The translations under genes were made by a program, and so were the position numbers. Below, in pieces: positions 57,362-64,000 of a stretch of 64,000 bases of DNA (its first letter is position 1; each line of letters starts with the position of its first letter). The DNA comes from Octopus sinensis (lineage: Eukaryota): assembly GCF_006345805.1 (NCBI RefSeq), contig NC_043008.1, forward strand, positions 11,470,001-11,534,000. The letters are read 5' to 3'. The notes below the pieces were generated by a model, which had not been told where the DNA came from, searched no databases, and saw only the letters and a program-made list of their open reading frames with translations.

Positions 57362-57899
57362 CTATCTATTGCAATTTATATATGTATTTCTCATTTCTAC
57401 ACATCAATGCAGCTAACGGTAGAAGATTTCCTTATCACGGTCAGAATAATTTGGCTTTTGGGAACTATTGCCAACATAGTAGCAATAATTTCCGCATTAG
57501 CAGTAACACCGAGAAATTTGCTCACATGTAAAATAGTGGTATTAACAACAAAATCAATAATAGTTATTTCGATATCAGTGATACATGCGTGCAAACGTGT
57601 TATTGATGATCCCACGAAAATATAAAGTATTGGGACAGTTATGAAAAAAGGCGATAAAAATCATATTTTCACTTGCCGAACGAACGAACATGCGCACAAA
57701 CGTATATTTATTATATAACTGCTACGTTGTATGGAATTTAGAATGAAGGAGGCGAATATTGTTACAAATATGAGAGGGGAATGATGCATACCGTTCATAG
57801 GTACGGAAGCACTTGTGCAGCTGAAATTGCACAAACACTTATATAACTACACAGGTGTAGACCACACGATTTATCAACTACTATATATATATATATATA

Positions 57900-58111
57900 T
57901 ATGTGTACTTCGTAAACACCAGTCGCTTTTTTTTTCCCTCTTTCACCCACATCGGGATCTTTCTTCTTTCTTCCTTCTCTTATTTTTCCGACGAAAAGCT
58001 CCGCTCGAAACGTCATACCCTCCTTCTTCCGTTTTCTGAGCGCCTAATATAATAATACTGTAATTGTTCCACGTGTTGTTGTTTTTTCCTGTTTTCCCGT
58101 TTGGATTAACC

Positions 58112-58112
<1 letters not shown>
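57900..58112 (+). mobile_element. Short Penelope-terminus-like repeat with degenerate minimal hammerhead, flanked by (AT)n
   Basis: CCGACGA-A-AAGC-TCC-GCTC-GAAACGTC at 57988-58014. Homologous segments occur at 26275-26395 (+) and 41423-41523 (-). Confidence 0.6.
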
Positions 58113-58194
<82 letters not shown>

Positions 58195-59765
58195 TGCTGT
58201 ATCCTTGAAACGTTGGATTGTAATAATGACAGCTTCAGCATACAGTATTCTTAATAAAACCAGTAAAGACACGACTACATCTGACCGCCTACTACGCACT
58301 CTCGTATTTCACATACTTCTCTTTACTTGTAGTGACTAGGTTATTCCATTCGTCATGTGCGAGTATGTACCATTATTACTATTTCCCTACAACACCTGTT
58401 TTAAGTTTTTCTGAGAAAGTGTCATTTTATTTAGCAAAAATTACGCAGATACTTTAAATACTGCACAGATTAGAATATGGGTAACCACTCCGAATATGGA
58501 TAACAATTTGCATAATATAACACATCTAATCTTATTAGACATTACTAAACAGTTAACCTTTAATATACCAATCCCAACATCCGGTCCGATCCATATAACT
58601 ACCCCATATAGTTTTTATACCGGGATTAAGAATACCAAATTTAGTTTCGACTAAATGGATGACACCCACAACGGCAGGCCTTTATTCACACATGTATTCC
58701 TTTGGTATTAATGAAAAAAATTAACTAACTTCACTGGTTTCTCAATGTATTCGTTGCAGAAAATTGCGACATTATGGGTAATGGAGAAAGTACAGCATTT
58801 AGCGTTAAATGCTGTGAGTGGAATAACACCGACTGTAATATTTATACCATGGAAAAGTGTTCCATAGATTGTGTACCAAAATCTCATTACTTAACTATCA
58901 TCCGGAAAACCTTTCAAACAACATGCTCCGAATAGTTTACTTGTATTAATTTTCTAAGTCAATCGTTTCCCGCCTCTGTTACCAATCGCCTATATCTCCA
59001 CATGAATGCTTGTATCATTTTGTGCTTTAATGCATTATCTTTTGCATCCATAAATTCATAAAATATTTCACGTTCTCAATTCATCTCATAACTAATAGAT
59101 TTTCAACTTCACTGTTATCAATACTTACAAATGCATCCAGTGTAAATCAAGCATTTAAGTGTATGCCTTTCCATTAGCACTGTTGTGTTTTGCATTAACA
59201 CTGATTCATTTTAACTATCCTTATTAAAAATTCATATCTGCTTCATTCAAATACGATATTCTGAAGTCTATAAATAAAACGCCAAGGACAACCACAAAAT
59301 TGCATCAGCTAGAATACACTTCCAGTCAAAATATGTTTTCTTTGAGTAGTTTTCTCATTTGAGTATTTCATTCTAGTATAGCCAGTTATCACCCACATGT
59401 ATATCATCACACACACATATAAATACAGAAATACATTTTTGCATATTTAGATATGTTAATGGAAGTAAAAGCAGTTGGGCGTGATATAATATATTTACAA
59501 GAAGCTCAGGAAATACAGTATAAAAGTGCAGACGAAGAGAAGATAATACGTAATACGATTCTGGTTTCTGCGATCTGAGACGACTCAGGCCTTAGTTTTC
59601 ATGCTTTCGTTTCTTTTTCCTTGCTCCATTTTTTAAAATCAACCTTCTTCGCCTTTTCTTTTCCGACGTTCTTTTTTTTATTTCCTCATTGTTCAGCGTA
59701 ACTGTGATTGCTTGGAGTTACATCACGCATATTATAAATATGCCCATTTAAAAAAACAAAAGCAA

Positions 59766-59937
59766 GAGTGGCTGTGTGGTAAGTAGATTGCTTACCAGCC
59801 ACATGGTTCTGGGTTCAGAACCATGAGCAGCACCTTGAGCAAGTGTCTTCTACTATAGCCTCAAGCCAACCAAAGCCTTGTGAGTGGACTTGGTAAACGG
59901 AAACTGAAAGAAGCCCGTCGTATATATAAGTATATAT

Positions 59938-59993
<56 letters not shown>

Positions 59994-60208
59994 TGTGTAT
60001 GTGTTTGTGTGTCTGTGTTTTCCCCAATATCGTTTGACAACCGATGCTAGTGTGTTTACGTCCCCGTAACTTAGCAGTTCGGCAAAGGAGACCGATAGAA
60101 TAAGTACTAGGCTTATAAAGAATAAGTCCTGGGGTCGATTTGCTCGACTAAAGGCGATGCTCCAGGATGGCCACAGTCAAATAGCCGAAACAAGTAAAAG
60201 AGTAAAAA
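59766..60208 (+). mobile_element. SINE family C
   Basis: Direct similarity to family C. Confidence 0.85.
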
Positions 60209-60497
60209 AAAGAGAGAGCATGCTACATGCATACTTACATACACACACGCGCGAATGTGTTTGTACTGTACATCCCGCCTTTTTTTAGCCATTGAATGTA
60301 CTGGTGTTATATTGATCTTCGTTTGGAAATGGTTTTAAAGTTGTTTTTGAAAACTCCACGTAAATTTGTTAATCAAGGTAACTCATAATTTCTTTAAAAC
60401 AGTATTCGCGCATACTTTGCTTTACAGAGATACGTTTTTACTTTTCTAAAAATACACTCACTTACAAACACAGAGGCACATGCATATACACACTTAT

Positions 60498-60800
60498 GTG
60501 AAGCCGCGTGGCTTAGTGGTTAGGGCATTTATCTCGGGATCGTAAGGTCATGAGTCCAATTCCCAGCGACGTGTTGTGTCCTTCAGCAAGACACTGTATT
60601 TCATGTTGCTCCAGTTCACTGAGCTGTATTTCAAATTGCCAGCCTGGTTACACTCTGTGGTACGTTGAATCTCCCTGCGAACTACGTTATGGGTACACAG
60701 GTCTGTAGAGTGCTCAGCCACTTGGACATTAACTTCACGTGCAAGCTATTCCGTTGATCGGATCTGCTGGGACCCTCGTTGTCGTAACCGACGGAGTGCT
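60498..60800 (+). mobile_element. SINE family A2
   Basis: GCGTGGCTTAGTGGTTAGGG head and ...gtcgtaaccgacggagtgctc end. Confidence 0.8.
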
Positions 60801-60910
60801 CTTCGATTGCATATGTATACACGGAAACAGGCACACACACACACACACTATGCACAAACACTCGCAAACGCACACATATATCTATACATAATTTATGGAA
60901 GCATAAGATA

Positions 60911-60977
<67 letters not shown>

Positions 60978-61961
60978 TATATATATGAATTAGGTTTCAT
61001 CTTCTTGATTTGTGCATTTATATTCTATGTATAAGAAAAAGCATTATGTGATTAAATGTTCGAGATGTGATATGTTACGTGGATTACCTTATATATGATG
61101 TTTGTTTTGCAACCATAGTTTATTATATTTGTCTCATTTACTTGAGCACATCTAGAGCAGTCTTATTAAACATTTTGTTTCTGATAAGAAACAACCACTA
61201 TTATTATTGATACATATATACATGTACACTTCCATACATGATACAGTTTTCTTTTCCCATATTTACTCAGCCAGTTAAACTTCATAAAGATTCCCTTCTA
61301 CCGTCAGTTATACTTGGTCGTCACCTGTTAGCCTAAGTACCGTATATTTGTTCTAGCCGATACTTTTTACTTTTAGAGTTGGCAAACAAGAAGACACAAT
61401 CAAGTTTTGAAAATAAAAAAGTAAAAATCTAGTGAGACGTATGTGATAACTAAATTCTACTTTTTGTGAAAATTTCGCACGTCTATTTTTCAGTTCCGTA
61501 CTTGGAATTTCATTATAGTTACAAATTATTCAGTTTTCTTTGATTTGTGTATATCTGCTGGGTATAATTTAACAATGTTCCTCAGATGACAATTCCCGTG
61601 CGAATACAAAAACATCATTAACTTATTAATCGCAGCTGCGGTGATGAAAGCATCGCATATGAGCTGAAGGTAAACATAATACAGCAAAGGTAAAGTGTAT
61701 ATATATATATATATATATAGATATATATATATAAATTATAATAAGAGTGTTGAATGATTACAACACCAGTCTGTTAGAAATAGTAACCCAAATAGTCCAG
61801 GAACCACTTAGATTAGTACTCCACTACATAAAGTTGTAGTCGAGGAAAATGGACATCAATATTTGAGTGTGCTGGCCACTAATAAATCATTAAATAATGA
61901 CTTTATCCTGATTGCGTATACATATATACATTCAACACATACATACAGACACACACAATTC

Positions 61962-62312
61962 AGTGCCACTGCGAGGAACCTTGGGCAGGTGTCTTCTACA
62001 ATAGCCTGGAGCCGGCCAAAGCCTTGTGAGTGGATATGGTAGACGGAAACTGAAAGTAACCCGTCATTAATATATATGTATATATTTATGTGTGTTTGTC
62101 TTTATGTCTGTGCTTGCCTCTCCCCCATCACCACCGTTTGAAAACCGGCTTTGTTGTGTTTACGTCCTCTAAACTTAGCGGTTCGCAATGGAACCGATGG
62201 AATAAGTACTGGGCTTAAAAAATAAGTCCCAGTGTCGAGTTGTTTTCACTAAACCCTTCAAGGCGGTGCCCCAGCATGGTCACAGTCAAATGACTGAACA
62301 AGTAGATAAATA
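61962..62312 (+). mobile_element. SINE family C, decayed and 5'-truncated
   Basis: Direct similarity to family C. Confidence 0.75.
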
Positions 62313-62348
62313 AAAGAATTTGTGTGTGTGCGTATGGTCAAATGTAGA

Positions 62349-62503
62349 CAACAACAACAACAACAACAATAATAATAATAACAATGATAATAATGATAAT
62401 AATAATGATAATAATAATAATAATATATACATAATATATATTATATATATATACATTTTATATACATATATATATAATACATTTATATATATATATCTAT
62501 ATA

Positions 62504-62561
<58 letters not shown>

Positions 62562-62702
62562 TCATTTATATATATACATATATATCGATAGATATATACA
62601 GATATATACTTGCACATACACGTGCATACGTACATACACAAACACACACACGTGTATATATATATGTGTGTGTATGTTGTGTGTGTGTGTGTGTGTGTAT
62701 GT
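62349..62702. repeat. (AAC)/(AAT)/(AT)/(GT) compound microsatellite
   Basis: Seen directly in the sequence. Confidence 0.9.
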
Positions 62703-63483
62703 AAGTTCGTTCTACCATATAAAATAGTTAATCATCTGGAATTATCTGGGTAATGGGGAAAAAGTCAATGTCTTTAATGAAAATTCTTTTCAAAAGATTA
62801 TCGTTCAGTAAATTACACTAAATTACACAGATATATAGATTTAAATGTATTCATGTTGTCATTATTTCCAATCTCCGTCTTTAAGAAGTTGAATTTGAGT
62901 GTATCTTTGAATAATTGCCTACGTCTACCTCTGTGTGTGTTTGTGTGTGTGTGTGGATGCAAGTGTGTCTTCGTGTGCGTCTGCGTTTGTCTTGCGCTTT
63001 TGTATTTCGGAAGTCTTCTTCATGTACTAAATTTTTGAGAATCATTTTTATTTTATTTTTATATTTGTTTTGTTTATGTTTTATCGCAATCAATTTGTGA
63101 ACAATAACGTCGTTCGTTACAGACATACAGCAGACCAATTACTAGTTCATTTCATTTCTGATGGTTAAATTAAGAGCAGAAGCAGTAACTTGGTACAAAA
63201 CAATTACTGCAAAGGATTTTGTTTGAAAGAGAAGATTCTTTCTCTTTCCTTCTCTTGCCGATATGTACCGGCGATGTCTATATACGCCATTAACACACAA
63301 TCCGAATGCCAAAACATGTGTTGAATAAATTCTTCCGTTTGGATGCGCAAGGGTGTACACACAGAACCACCTAAACTCATACACACACACACAGGCACAT
63401 ACAAACAACACAAACAAACACTCACGGACGCACACAAATTCTTATCCACATACAAACACAGAGACGCACATGTGTGACTTGAG

Positions 63484-63900
63484 AGTATTACTGTCTGGGA
63501 GATGTCTTATGGTAGTAGAATTGTATTTAACTGTTATTACTAAATTTGGGTATGTGGTGAAGCAATTTTGCTAAACCCTAATTATAATTATGTTTATAAT
63601 TATAATAATTTATTTATATATATTCCATTATTAATAATATTGTTGGAGTCCCATGCTGATGAACGAAAATGGTTGGGTAAGGTATAATTCTATATTCTTT
63701 ATACCGATCTAATTCCGAAACGCGCGTACATGGGTGACCAGATATGGATTGATTTTCGTTATTTTTCCTCTCTGCCTGCGTGGATTGTTTTCAAGTATTT
63801 TGGTTTTTCTGGGAGTCCCTTTTTAAAGTAGAAGAAATAGGTAAGGTTTTTTTACTGCTATTTCTAAACTTCGGTAAGCGGTAAAGCAAATCTTTGCTGA

Positions 63901-63906
<6 letters not shown>
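63484..63906 (+). mobile_element. About 1.3 units of a ~325-bp hammerhead-containing repeat (retrozyme-like or Penelope terminal repeat), ending in (AT)n
   Basis: 63530-63580 aligns to 63854-63906 with 8 mismatches and a 2-nt gap. Weaker similarity extends back to 63484/63794. The ribozyme lies between the two copies. Confidence 0.55.
63650..63734 (+). ncRNA. Type I hammerhead ribozyme (Penelope/retrozyme-type), near-intact
   Basis: Stem I is CCCATG (63650-55)/CATGGG (63729-34), followed by core CTGATGA (63656-62) plus an extra A. Stem II carries a GGTATAA/TTATACC hairpin. Then come GAAA (63717-20), palindromic stem III ACGCGCGT and a GTA cleavage triplet (cut after 63728). The base of stem II is mismatched (C opposite C). 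Confidence 0.8.
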
Positions 63907-63951
<45 letters not shown>

Positions 63952-64000
63952 CAATAGATGAGTGTATTTTTACCTTGTTAACAATCAACACGGAAATGTG

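Noticed and set aside
57397-57625. Hydrophobic GPCR TM1-like reading (IIWLLGTIANIVAII)
   Set aside because: It is explained by a shifted frame of AAT/AGT/AGC-rich low-complexity sequence, and no further receptor helices follow.
59130-59165. YKCIQCKS as an Ly6 N-terminal motif
   Set aside because: It is followed by a stop three codons later and lies downstream of the CC...CN segment.

Overview
This is AT-rich, repeat-saturated eukaryotic DNA. The SINE families and microsatellite load resemble an Octopus-type cephalopod genome, which is recalled resemblance rather than a database result. Nearly all supplied ORFs are microsatellite translations or antisense reads of SINEs, and I could not establish any host protein-coding gene. 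The window holds at least five tRNA-derived SINE families in many copies and decayed coding relics of R4/Dong-like (x3), HERO-like and Penelope-like retroelements and of Tc1/mariner transposases, all on the minus strand. Long (AT)n, (ATCT)n, (TTC)n, (CTA)n and (CT)n tracts are common. The top finding is a near-complete type I hammerhead ribozyme at 63650-63734, lying between two diverged direct repeats about 325 bp apart, a retrozyme- or Penelope-terminus-like layout. The second is a head-to-tail array of six exactly 184-bp SINE units with GT...AG ends (51633-52736), whose AG|GT junction recurs at three other loci. Several degenerate hammerhead-like motifs also occur.
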